NCBI GenBank assembly: GCA_965205265.1
Contig: CBDBGH010000003.1
Span: 4,256,001-4,320,000 of the forward strand
DNA from: Alphaproteobacteria bacterium
GTDB taxonomy: Bacteria; Pseudomonadota; Alphaproteobacteria; Bin95
Length of the DNA stretch: 64,000 bases
Direction: 5' to 3'
This document shows positions 49,238 to 58,495 of this stretch, one piece after another. A program made the translations under genes and the position numbers. Under the pieces are notes generated by a model. That model was not told the origin of the DNA. It did no database searches and saw only the letters and a list, made by a program, of their open reading frames with translations. How positions within the stretch are numbered: position 1 is the first letter of the stretch; each line of letters opens with the position of its first letter.

Positions 49238-51646
49238 ATGAACTTCATCGCCCCCAGGGCCGAGCCGATCATCCGGGAGATCCCGCTCTCCATGCTCGCG
49301 CTCGCGCCCGAGAACGTCCGCAAGACCCCGCCCGATCCGCAGGCCGACGCCGAGCTCAAGGCCTCGATCGCGGCCTTCGACCTGCTGGAGAACCTGGTCG
49401 TCCGCCCGGATCCCGGATCGGGTCCGGGACAGGCTCCGGATGCCGACGGCATCGAACGCTACGCCGTGGTCGCCGGCGGGCGACGCCTCAAGGCCATGCA
49501 GGCGCTGGTCGAGGACGGCGTGCTGGATGCCGCCCATCCCGTGCCCTGCCAGGTCAGGTCCGGCGACGCCGCGACCGCCGAGCTCTCGCTCGCCGAGAAC
49601 GTCATCCGTATCCCCATGCACCCGGCCGACCAGGTGACCGCCTTCGCCGAGCTGGTCGACGCCGGCCAGCCGGTTCCCGCCATTGCCGCGCGCTTCGGCG
49701 TTTCCGAGCGGCTGGTCGAGCAGCGGCTGCGGCTCGGCAACGCCGCCCCCGAGCTGCTGGACGCCTACCGCGCCGGTGAGATCGACCTGGAGACGCTCAA
49801 GGCCTTCGCGGTGACCGCCGACCGCGCCCGCCAGACGGCGGTGTGGGAGCAGGTCTCCGGACAGGGCTACCGGCCCGCGGCCTGGCAGGTGAAGCGCATG
49901 CTGACCGAGGAGCGGGTGCCGGCGAACGCCGCCGTCGCCCGGTTCGTCGGGGTCGAGGCCTACGAGGCCGCCGGCGGCCAGGTGCTGCGCGACCTCTTCG
50001 CCGACGAGCACGAGAACGGCGTCTGGTTCGAGGACCCGGCGCTGCTGGAGACGCTCGCCATGGCGAAGCTCCGGGCCGCCGCGGACGAGCTGGCGACCCG
50101 CTGGAAGTGGGCCGTGCCGATGATCGAGACCGCGTGGAGCGACACCGCCTCCTACGGCCGCGTCGAGCCGCAGCCCGGCACGCCGACGGACGAGGAGAAG
50201 GCCGAGATCGACCGTCTGAGCGCCCGCTACGACGAACTCCGCGACCTCGACGACGACGAGTGGACCGAGGCGCTGGTCGAGGAAGCCCACCGCATCGAGG
50301 CGCGGCTCGACGAGATCGAGGGCGCCGTCGAGGCCCGCGCCATGTGGCGGCGTGAGGACTTCGCCATGGCGGGCTGCATCGCCACCGTCAACCGCAACGG
50401 CTCGCTCCAGGTCATCGCCGGGCTGGTCAAGCCGGAAGACATGCCGAAGCCGGATGGGTCCGGCGACGCCACCGCGCAGGCCGGCAACGGTCACGACCCG
50501 GCCGCCGGCATCCACACCGCCGGTCAGGCCGATCGCACCGCCGCTCCGTCCGTCTCCCAGCCCATGGCGGGGCCGAGGGACCGCGAAGCCGAGGCGCGCA
50601 AGGAGGCCGGCGTCGGCATCGGCCTCGCCGACGACCAGCGCGCGATCCGCACCGCGCTGGTGAAGGCGTATCTCGCCGGGGACTTCGAGGCCTCCTTCGA
50701 CCTCATGCTGTTCCAGATGGGCCGCGCGGTGTTCACGGCGGGCTATCGCGACCACGCCCTCGACATCGCGGTCAAGGAGACCCCGGACCGGCCCAACACC
50801 CGGGTGAACGACGCCGACTTCGCGGCCTGGTCGCCCGGCGAGGCGATGCTGGAAGACCGCTCGCACCTGTCGCTCGACTGGCTGGAGATCGAGGACGACG
50901 GCGAGTCCTTCTCAGCCTTGCGGGCGCTGCCCCAGCCCGACAAGGAGGCGCTGTTCGCCGCCTGCGTCGCGCGCACGGTGAAGGGCCAGCTCGCCTTCGA
51001 GCCCCAGGCGCGCCCCGAGCTCGAAGCCACCGTCGCGAGGCTCGACATCGACTTCGCGAAGCACATCCGGCCCACGGCGGCCATGTACTGGTCGCGCATC
51101 AACAAGAGCCGCGTCCTCGACATCGCCCGCGCGGTGTTCGGCCTGGCCTGGGCGTCGGCGCGGTCGAAGTACAAAAAGCCGGCGCTGGCCGAGGCGATGG
51201 AGGCCGCCTTCGCGGCCGGCGACCCGCCGGTCGGGGTCACCGCCGCGATGCACGCCAAGGCGCTCGCCTGGGTTCCGCCGGGCTTCGCGGCGTTCGACAC
51301 CGGGCGCATCGGAAACGGGGCGGACCGCGCCGCCGACGCGGATGCGCAGCCCCGGGCCGATGCCGCCGGCGCGGACCCGGCTGCCGATACCGGGACCCCG
51401 GCCGCGGACACCGGGGTCGCGTCTGCGGCGACGGAAGCCGCTCCGCCGGCCGGCGATGACGGCCATCCCGGCAACGGCCACGCCGGACCCGCGGACCCGG
51501 CGACCGCGGCGCCGACGGACCAGGGCGGAGAGGAAGCCGACAGCGGCGAAACCGCTGCCGAAACCGCCGCGCCGCCCCCGGTGCCGGCGAACGGCCGCGA
51601 CAGCGGCGACGGGCTCGACATCCCTGAGTTCCTCCGCCGCGTCTGA
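49238..51646 (+). CDS. ParB/RepB/Spo0J-family protein (long ICE/plasmid type)
   Basis: ENVRKT, LKASI...LLENLVV, YAVVAGGRRL, SLAEN.R..MHPAD, HTH IAARFGVSERLVEQRLRL; RBS GGGAGG. Confidence 0.88.
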   Translation: MNFIAPRAEPIIREIPLSMLALAPENVRKTPPDPQADAELKASIAAFDLLENLVVRPDPGSGPGQAPDADGIERYAVVAGGRRLKAMQALVEDGVLDAAHPVPCQVRSGDAATAELSLAENVIRIPMHPADQVTAFAELVDAGQPVPAIAARFGVSERLVEQRLRLGNAAPELLDAYRAGEIDLETLKAFAVTADRARQTAVWEQVSGQGYRPAAWQVKRMLTEERVPANAAVARFVGVEAYEAAGGQVLRDLFADEHENGVWFEDPALLETLAMAKLRAAADELATRWKWAVPMIETAWSDTASYGRVEPQPGTPTDEEKAEIDRLSARYDELRDLDDDEWTEALVEEAHRIEARLDEIEGAVEARAMWRREDFAMAGCIATVNRNGSLQVIAGLVKPEDMPKPDGSGDATAQAGNGHDPAAGIHTAGQADRTAAPSVSQPMAGPRDREAEARKEAGVGIGLADDQRAIRTALVKAYLAGDFEASFDLMLFQMGRAVFTAGYRDHALDIAVKETPDRPNTRVNDADFAAWSPGEAMLEDRSHLSLDWLEIEDDGESFSALRALPQPDKEALFAACVARTVKGQLAFEPQARPELEATVARLDIDFAKHIRPTAAMYWSRINKSRVLDIARAVFGLAWASARSKYKKPALAEAMEAAFAAGDPPVGVTAAMHAKALAWVPPGFAAFDTGRIGNGADRAADADAQPRADAAGADPAADTGTPAADTGVASAATEAAPPAGDDGHPGNGHAGPADPATAAPTDQGGEEADSGETAAETAAPPPVPANGRDSGDGLDIPEFLRRV

Positions 51647-51752
51647 CCGCCCCGCCGCATCCCGGGATCGTCCCGCTGCTACTCCCGGTTTCCGGACCGG
51701 GACGGGCGGCGGGGCGTTTCCTTTCCGCATCCCGATCATGGAGGTTCTCCGC

Positions 51753-53516
51753 ATGGACCCCGCCGCCGCAACGCCGCCCGTACCCATCCGCGCGCGCATC
51801 CACGAGAGCGCCGTGAAGCGCGTCACCCGCATCTACGCCGCCACCCTGGCCGACATCTTCGCCGAGACCCTTCAGAACAGCCGCCGCGCCGGCGCCGCCC
51901 GCGTCCGCATTGCGGTTGCCGGTAGCGCCAACGCGCCGGACGCTGGCGAGCCGTCCTTCACCGTCACCATTTGCGACGACGGCGCCGGCATCGCCGATCC
52001 CGCCGTGCTGCTGAGTTTCGGCGAGAACGGCTGGGACGACGCGCTGGTCCGGCGCGAGGACGCCGCCGGCTTCGGCTTCGCCAGCCTGGCGCGCCGCAAC
52101 TGCGCCGTCTCTTCCCGGCCGCGCTCGACCGATGGCGAGATTGCGCCCGGCTGGCGCGTCGAACTCGCTCCGGAGCACTTTCTCGGCGAGGCCAACGCCG
52201 AGGTCCGGGCCGACGAGCAGGCCCCGTATCCGCAAGGAACGGCTATTTCGTTCCGGGCGACGGAGCATGCCGCCGCGATCCGCAGCGCGGCCGAGACCGC
52301 CGCCCGGCACTACCCGCTGCCGGTGATCTTCGAGGACCGAACCGAAGACGATTCCGCCGGTCCGGAAGAGCTGCCGCGCCGCGCCTTCCTCGACGGCGCG
52401 GTGCACGCCGAGCGATGGCGCGGTCTCGTGTTCGGCGTCTTCAGGAACCGCCATGCCGGCTACAACGACCCCGACCTCAATTTCCACGGCCTGACGCTGG
52501 CGCTCCGCCTGCCCACCGTGGAGACGGTCCACGGCGCCACCTGGACCGTGTTGGCGGACGTGGACGACTGCCCGGACCTGGAGCTGGTCCTGCCGGCCCG
52601 CAAGGAGGCGGTCGAGAACGCCTTCCTGAAAGAGATGCGCGCGGCCGCCCGGCTCAGCATCTACCGCGCCATGGCGGGCGATCCGAACCCGCGCCCGGCC
52701 TTCGAGGACTGGACGCGGGCGCGCGAGGCCGGCATCGACATCGCGCCGCCGCCGGCCGTGCTGCGCCCCTGGCGGCCCGCCATTGCCCATGTCGACGACT
52801 GGCGCGACCCACCCAAGCTCGCCGCCGTGGGCCGGCACACCCTGGTCGTGGACTGCGATCCCGAGCCCCACGAGGCCCAGGCGCTTTGGCGCGCCGCCGA
52901 ACGCAACGGCGCCGCGCCGCGCCTGTTCGAGCCCGACCGCAGGCTGGAAGGCTACGGCTGGTACGACGGGCTCCACCGGACGACCCCCATCGACGTCGAG
53001 GTCACGCTGGACGGAAAGCCGTATGCGCTGGACGACGCTCCGTTGCCGGAACGGACGGGTCCGACCGCCGCGGAGCTGCCGCCAAGGCCGGAAGCGCTGC
53101 GCATCGAACTCGTCGTGCGGGCGACGGACGGCCCGGCAGATGCGCTTTTCCTGCCCACCGATGTCGCCTTCGCCGGCGAGGCCTGGTCCCACCTCGACGA
53201 CGCCCTGCCGCTGGTGGCCGCGGACAGCGCGATCCAGCCGCACCAGCTCGCCGTGCTGCTCAGGGCCGCCTTCTTCTCGCCTTCGGACGACGTCGAGGCG
53301 GACAGCTGGGAGACCCAGCGGGACCGCTTCGACGAGGAGGCCCTGCATCTCGCGACGCGGCTGCTGCTCAGCGACGACGAGGCCTGCCGGCAGTCCATCG
53401 CCGAGGCGGTGCGGCGCGAGCTGATGTGGTTCGTCCCCCACGACCGCGCCGTCGACATCCGCATCCGCCGGCCCGACGTGACCGTGACACTCGCCGCCGA
53501 GGAGGCCGCGCCGTGA
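51753..53516 (+). CDS. GHKL (HATPase_c) ATP-binding protein
   Basis: ETLQNSRRAGA (N box), DDGAGI (G1 box), AGFGFASL (G2 box), GT; RBS GGAGG. Confidence 0.78.
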   Translation: MDPAAATPPVPIRARIHESAVKRVTRIYAATLADIFAETLQNSRRAGAARVRIAVAGSANAPDAGEPSFTVTICDDGAGIADPAVLLSFGENGWDDALVRREDAAGFGFASLARRNCAVSSRPRSTDGEIAPGWRVELAPEHFLGEANAEVRADEQAPYPQGTAISFRATEHAAAIRSAAETAARHYPLPVIFEDRTEDDSAGPEELPRRAFLDGAVHAERWRGLVFGVFRNRHAGYNDPDLNFHGLTLALRLPTVETVHGATWTVLADVDDCPDLELVLPARKEAVENAFLKEMRAAARLSIYRAMAGDPNPRPAFEDWTRAREAGIDIAPPPAVLRPWRPAIAHVDDWRDPPKLAAVGRHTLVVDCDPEPHEAQALWRAAERNGAAPRLFEPDRRLEGYGWYDGLHRTTPIDVEVTLDGKPYALDDAPLPERTGPTAAELPPRPEALRIELVVRATDGPADALFLPTDVAFAGEAWSHLDDALPLVAADSAIQPHQLAVLLRAAFFSPSDDVEADSWETQRDRFDEEALHLATRLLLSDDEACRQSIAEAVRRELMWFVPHDRAVDIRIRRPDVTVTLAAEEAAP

Positions 53517-53992
53517 CCCGGCCCTGGACCGTGCAGGTGGGCTACAACGCGCACCACTGCAACACCGTCACGGTCGAGGCGGCGACACTCCACGAAGCCC
53601 TGGAGAAGGCCATCGCAGCCGCCAACGAGGACTCTGCCGGCTGGCGGTCGACGGACCATTGTTCCGACTCCTATGTGGATGCCTTTTGCGAAGGCGCCGG
53701 CGCCGATCCGTGGGGCGAAGGCTCGCTGCCCGTCCCCGGCCGCTTCTCCGAGCATGGCGAGCCGCCCGTGGTGACCCTGGCCGGCCCCGTCCCGCCGGGC
53801 GCCGTCCGGGTCTCCGGCGGCAGGGCGACGGTCCGTTTCGAGACCGAAGCCGGCACGATCGCGGCGGAATTGCGCGACCCGCCGCATCCGCCGACCAACA
53901 AGCCGCTGGTGACGGTCTCCGTCGGTCCCGACGGCAAGCCCCGGGTCGAGGTCGAGGGCGGCAGCGCCAGGGTGCGCATCCTCGACGGCTGA
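53513..53992 (+). CDS. Hypothetical protein (159 aa)
   Basis: GTG start overlapping the ATPase stop; RBS GGAGG. Confidence 0.6.
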   Translation: MTRPWTVQVGYNAHHCNTVTVEAATLHEALEKAIAAANEDSAGWRSTDHCSDSYVDAFCEGAGADPWGEGSLPVPGRFSEHGEPPVVTLAGPVPPGAVRVSGGRATVRFETEAGTIAAELRDPPHPPTNKPLVTVSVGPDGKPRVEVEGGSARVRILDG

Positions 53993-54151
53993 TCCGGCCG
54001 CCGGCCGGCCGCAACCGCCCATCCTTCCACACCGATGCCCGTCCCGCGCCGCCCGGAGCGGAGGCCGGCATGCGTCCGGACGAGGCGGGGCCGGGGCGCG
54101 GGAGCGTCCCGGTCCTGCCTGTCCGGCGTTCAGCACCAGGAGGTCCAGCTC

Positions 54152-54361
54152 ATGAAGCCTGCCGCAGTCCCCGAACCCGCCGCGGCCGCGCCGCCCCGGC
54201 CCGACGACGAGGCGCAGAAGCGCGCCATCGCCAATGTCGTCTGGACCGACCTGCTCTGGCTCATGCCGCCCGACCGCACGGTGACGATCGCCGTCACGGG
54301 CGGCGAGGTCGCGGTCGAGCTCGGCCCGCCCGGACCGGCGCCGGAGGTCCCGGCCCACTGA
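54152..54361 (+). CDS. Small protein resembling the GHKL ATPase C-terminus (69 aa)
   Basis: RBS AGGAGG; IANVVWTDLLWLMPPDRTVTIAV aligns with IAEAVRRELMWFVPHDRAVDIRI. Confidence 0.65.
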   Translation: MKPAAVPEPAAAAPPRPDDEAQKRAIANVVWTDLLWLMPPDRTVTIAVTGGEVAVELGPPGPAPEVPAH

Positions 54362-54474
54362 CCCGGCCGGGCGCCGCATCCCCGCCGCCGCGACGCCCCG
54401 TCCCGCCCGCCGGCAGCGCATCCGCCCGGCGCGCGGGGCGGGGTCTTTCCGTTCGACCCGATGGAGGACTTGCC

Positions 54475-55212
54475 ATGCCCGACGCACCGGGCTTCGACGA
54501 GATGCCGCTCTACGACGTGCCCGCCGCGCCGGCCTCCGTCAGGGAGGCCCATGCCCGCCGCCGGCTCCGGAGCCGTTTCCTGCGCGCCGGGTCCGAGGCG
54601 GTCGACGACCGCGATCTGCTCGAACTACTGCTCTCCGGGCGCCAGGCCGCGGGCGGCGCCGGGGATCTGGCCTTGGCTCTTCTGGACACCTTCGGCACGG
54701 CGCCGCGCGCGCTCGCGGCCCGACCGGACCGGCTGCGCACCGTGCCCGGTTTTTCCGAGGATGCCATCGCCGCCCTCAAGGCCGTCGAGGCGCTCGGCAT
54801 CCGCATGGCGCGGCAGGACGTGCCGGAGACCGTGCGTCCGTCCCTCGCCAGCTACGACAGGGTCATCGAATACTGCCGCGCCCTCGCGGCACACCGCGAG
54901 GTCGAGGAGTTCAGGATTTTGTACCTGAACCGCAAGAACCGCCTGATCGCCGACGAGCGCCTCCACAAGGGCTCCGTCTGCCACGCGCCGGTCTACCCCC
55001 GGGAGATCTGCATCCGCTGCCTGGAGCTTCAGGCGAGCGCGGTCGTCGCCGTCCACAACCATCCCAGCCACTGTCCCGAGCCGTCCCGGGCCGACATCGA
55101 CATGACGAAGCGCATCAAGGACGCGCTGAAGGCGATCGAGGTCACGCTGCTCGACCACCTCATCGTCACCCCGACCGGGGCCGTCAGCTTCCAGTCCCGC
55201 GGCCTGCTCTGA
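54475..55212 (+). CDS. radC: RadC/JAB-domain protein
   Basis: R.RLR.RF, DLLELLL, EEFRILYLNRKN.LI, VYPREI, HNHPS..PEPSRAD, LLDHLIV. Confidence 0.88.
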   Translation: MPDAPGFDEMPLYDVPAAPASVREAHARRRLRSRFLRAGSEAVDDRDLLELLLSGRQAAGGAGDLALALLDTFGTAPRALAARPDRLRTVPGFSEDAIAALKAVEALGIRMARQDVPETVRPSLASYDRVIEYCRALAAHREVEEFRILYLNRKNRLIADERLHKGSVCHAPVYPREICIRCLELQASAVVAVHNHPSHCPEPSRADIDMTKRIKDALKAIEVTLLDHLIVTPTGAVSFQSRGLL

Positions 55213-55306
55213 GCGCCGGCCCCGCCCGTCCGGCCGCGCTTCCCCCGGCGATGACGCTCTGCCCGGAGCGTTCGCCTCCGCCTCTTGCACGAACAGGAGC
55301 CCCACC

Positions 55307-55729
55307 ATGCCCGATCCCGAACCCGGCATCGAGACCGCATTCGGTCCCGTGCTCTCCGTCTATACCCGCGCCCAGGCGATCGAGGACGGCATCCTCGTCG
55401 ACGTCTCCGAAACCGCGCGCGAGGCGGGCTTCAAGATCCCCGTCGCGGTCACGCGCGCGGTCTGGGAACGGCTGGTCGCATTGCCCGATGGCTACCGGGG
55501 TTTCCAGGACGAGAGCGGGCGCCTGTGGGACGTGCTCTGGATGGCGCATTACTACGCGGTCCGCGCCTCGAACAGCGACCGCGTGAGGATGTGCGTGCTG
55601 GTGCGCGACATCCGCAAGGACCTGCGCGACAGCCACCGGCCGCCCCGCAAGCACTTCCCCATCGTGGCGATCGGCGCCGGCGACGGAGGTGGGGCCGCAA
55701 TCACCATCATGTTCCCCGAGGACGACTGA
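55307..55729 (+). CDS. Conserved mobile-element protein (DUF6573-like)
   Basis: YTRAQAIEDGILVDV..A.EAGF..PVA.T..VW...QDE.GRLWDVL...ITIM.P.ED. Confidence 0.7.
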   Translation: MPDPEPGIETAFGPVLSVYTRAQAIEDGILVDVSETAREAGFKIPVAVTRAVWERLVALPDGYRGFQDESGRLWDVLWMAHYYAVRASNSDRVRMCVLVRDIRKDLRDSHRPPRKHFPIVAIGAGDGGGAAITIMFPEDD

Positions 55730-55769
55730 GCGCGCTCGGCCCTCTCCGCCCACCGAAGGCGATACCCGT

Positions 55770-56003
55770 ATGTCCGGATCCATCATCCAACGCGCCGACG
55801 CGGCGCTGAAGCACACCTGGCAGGCCCGGTTTCAGGCTCTTCCGCCGAGCGCCCGCCACGCGCTCCGCGCCGCCCTGCTCGACCTGCGCAAGGACGCGCT
55901 CTACCGCGCCGAACTCCAGTGGCGGCGCCACAAGGCCCCCATGGCCTGCTACTGGAAGGCGGTCGGCGTCTACGCGGGCCATCTCGCCCGCACCCTGCGG
56001 TAG
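55770..56003 (+). CDS. Hypothetical protein (77 aa)
   Basis: A...W..HKAPMA.YWKAV.VYAGHLAR, a motif remembered from plasmid hypothetical proteins. Confidence 0.6.
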   Translation: MSGSIIQRADAALKHTWQARFQALPPSARHALRAALLDLRKDALYRAELQWRRHKAPMACYWKAVGVYAGHLARTLR

Positions 56004-56206
56004 CGCCCTCCAGCCGACCGCGCCGAACCGATCCCCGGCCGTCCGAAGGCCGCGCTCCTCTGCGCTTCGTCCCTTCCTGCCGCACCCCCGTGCGCAGCTC
56101 CGCCCGGAGTCCGGCCAGCCGGCGCCGGGCGGGCGGCCGGTGCGGCGCGGGAGGACCCGCCGCGCGCCGGACGCCCGCCAATCTCCCTCCAGCCCGGAGA
56201 CCGTTC

Positions 56207-56728
56207 ATGCTGTACAGGATCACCGGCCGCGCCACGAAGTGCGGCCCCGCCGCGATATCCGCCATCGCCGGCGTGCCGACACACGAAGCGGCCGCCGTCA
56301 TCCGCCGCCTCACCGGCCGACGCGCGGTCAACGGCGTCTACATGGACGAGCTCGCCGCCGCGCTTGCCGAGCTCGGCTGGGCGCCGGACCGTGCGCTCCG
56401 CCACCCCCAGCTCCACGAGCGCCGCTACGCCCACGACGAAGAGGCCTGGGAACGCCGCCTCTCGGAGGTTCCCTGCGAACTGCGCGCCGTCACCCTCGGC
56501 ACCTTCCTCGACCCTGCGCCCGCCGGCGCCTGGGCGATCGCGACGAGCGATCACTTCGTGGCCTACGGCGACGGCTACGTCGCCGACAACGGCGCCTTCT
56601 TCTCGCGCAAGCCGGCCTTCTGGTTCCGCGCCATTCCCGACCACGACCGCGTCGCGCTCAGGCGCGTCCGCGAGGCCGTCCGCTTCGCGCCGGTCGCCCG
56701 GCCCAACCCCGCACCGCAACGGAGCTGA
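56207..56728 (+). CDS. Hypothetical protein, possible papain-like (C39-type) fold
   Basis: RBS GGAG; CGPAAISAI followed later by HFVAY. Confidence 0.45.
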   Translation: MLYRITGRATKCGPAAISAIAGVPTHEAAAVIRRLTGRRAVNGVYMDELAAALAELGWAPDRALRHPQLHERRYAHDEEAWERRLSEVPCELRAVTLGTFLDPAPAGAWAIATSDHFVAYGDGYVADNGAFFSRKPAFWFRAIPDHDRVALRRVREAVRFAPVARPNPAPQRS

Positions 56729-56731
56729 GCC

Positions 56732-57376
56732 ATGCCCAGGATCGTCGAGACCGCCGTCTTCACCATCGACGAGCTCTCCGGCGCCGCCAGGGAGAACGCG
56801 CGCATCTGGTATCGCCAGACCGGCCTGCACGACGAATGGTACGACTTCGTCTACGAGGACTTCGAGACCATCTGCAAGATTCTCGGCGTCACGCTTGCCA
56901 CCACACCCGTGCGCCTCTACGGCGGCGGCACCCGCGACAAGCCGCAGATCTGGTGGACGGGCTTTTGGAATCAGGGCGACGGCGCGAGCTTCGCCGGCCG
57001 GTACAGCTACGCCCGGGGCGCCACCAGGGCTATCCGCGCCCATGCGCCCAAGGACACCGAACTGCACCGCATCGCGGACGAGTTGCAAGCCGTCCAGAGG
57101 CGCAATTTCCACCAGCTTCACGCCTCGGTTCGCCAGTCCGGGCGTTACTGCCACGAGTACAGCATGGCGATCGAGGTCGAGCGCGACAGCCCGACCTGGC
57201 AGCCGCCGACCGACGATGCCGAGGACACGGTGATCGAGGCGCTGCGCGACCTGGCGCGCTGGCTCTACCGCCAACTCCGCTCGGAATACGAGCACCAGAC
57301 GTCCGACGAAACCGTCGACGAGATCGTGGCCGTGAACGAGTGGACCTTTACGGCGGACGGAAGTCGATTCGGCTGA
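56732..57376 (+). CDS. Conserved ICE/plasmid protein (often annotated 'antitoxin of toxin-antitoxin stability system')
   Basis: MP.I.ET.V....ELS..A...AR.WY, GF..QGDGA.F, RYCHEY.M, LARWLY.QL..EY. Confidence 0.72.
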   Translation: MPRIVETAVFTIDELSGAARENARIWYRQTGLHDEWYDFVYEDFETICKILGVTLATTPVRLYGGGTRDKPQIWWTGFWNQGDGASFAGRYSYARGATRAIRAHAPKDTELHRIADELQAVQRRNFHQLHASVRQSGRYCHEYSMAIEVERDSPTWQPPTDDAEDTVIEALRDLARWLYRQLRSEYEHQTSDETVDEIVAVNEWTFTADGSRFG

Positions 57377-57487
57377 CGGCGCCCGGGATTTCCGCCGAAA
57401 CTCTGCGCCTGCGCGGCGGTCATTGACAGGCCGGCGCACCGTCGGGCAGTCCACTGCCGTCCAGGTCGACGACATCGAGGGGCCCCC

Positions 57488-58372
57488 ATGCCCGATCTCT
57501 ACGCCATCAACCTGCATCTTCAGGAACGCCTGGAACGCGGCTGGCTCGACGAGGTTCCCGCCGCCGAGGCGGCCGTCTGGCTCGACGAAGCCGGCCTGCT
57601 GCGAATCCGCAAGAACGGCCTGCCGCTCCGCGACCTGTTGCGGGCCGGGCGTATCGCCGGCCAGGAACAACGCCCCAACCGGAAGAACGGTTCCTGGTTC
57701 ATCCGTCGCCTCGCGGAATCCCGCGACCCGCAGGCGATCGGGAAGGCGCGCGAACGGCTGCGCCGCTATCTCCCCATCGAGCGGGCGAACTTCCCCGCGG
57801 ACTGGCCCGTAAACCAGGGCGACCCCGTCTTCTGGCAGGAGCTCGGCAAGACGGTCGCGACCTTCGGGGAGCTGGAGCACACGCTGGCATCGACCTGCCA
57901 CACGCTCCTCGCCACGGCCGAAAGGGCGGCCGAAGTGCCGGACGCGGACGATGCGGCCCTTTCCCGGTGGTACGAACGGATAGTGCGGTCCCAGACCGAC
58001 AGCCTGTACGGCCTTACCCGAGAGCTGGACAGGGTCCTGGGTGAAGGCGGCCGGGTTCCGCACGCCGTTCGCGAAGACTTGGTCGCGCGCCTGAATGAAC
58101 TCAGGCCCTGGCGCAACGCGCTCTGCCACGGCGCATGGTTCCGCGTCGACAAGGACGGATCGGCTTCGCTTCACCACATGTACAGGCTCGAAGGCGTGCC
58201 CGTTGCGTTTCCGCCTGCGGTCACCCTGAAGGACCTCTCCGATATCCGCACCGGGACGGTCGATGTCATCTTCCGGGTTGCCGAAGCCGCTTCGGTCGCG
58301 GGCGCCGGCTTCGCGCTTACCGACATGCCGAGAATGTACGAACCGCGGAACGCCCCTCCCGACCGGAAATAG
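57488..58372 (+). CDS. Putative HEPN-domain protein with N-terminal winged-helix-like domain
   Basis: All-helical C-terminal part with LG..VA.F..LE and RNALCH (R-x4-H). Confidence 0.55.
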   Translation: MPDLYAINLHLQERLERGWLDEVPAAEAAVWLDEAGLLRIRKNGLPLRDLLRAGRIAGQEQRPNRKNGSWFIRRLAESRDPQAIGKARERLRRYLPIERANFPADWPVNQGDPVFWQELGKTVATFGELEHTLASTCHTLLATAERAAEVPDADDAALSRWYERIVRSQTDSLYGLTRELDRVLGEGGRVPHAVREDLVARLNELRPWRNALCHGAWFRVDKDGSASLHHMYRLEGVPVAFPPAVTLKDLSDIRTGTVDVIFRVAEAASVAGAGFALTDMPRMYEPRNAPPDRK

Positions 58373-58495
58373 CCGCCGTCGGCCCACTCCCGATGCCGGA
58401 CCGGCTCGATGCGGTACCATCCTGTCCTCACGCGCGTTACGGTTCCCCAGGGCTCCGCCGTTTCCCCAACTCCATCCGGAGCATGCGCCTGCAAG

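Noticed and set aside
56732-57376. Treating the 'antitoxin'-annotated family as a true toxin-antitoxin antitoxin for the downstream HEPN protein
   Set aside because: That annotation is poorly supported and the gene is a common backbone component; the sequence gives no evidence of pairing.
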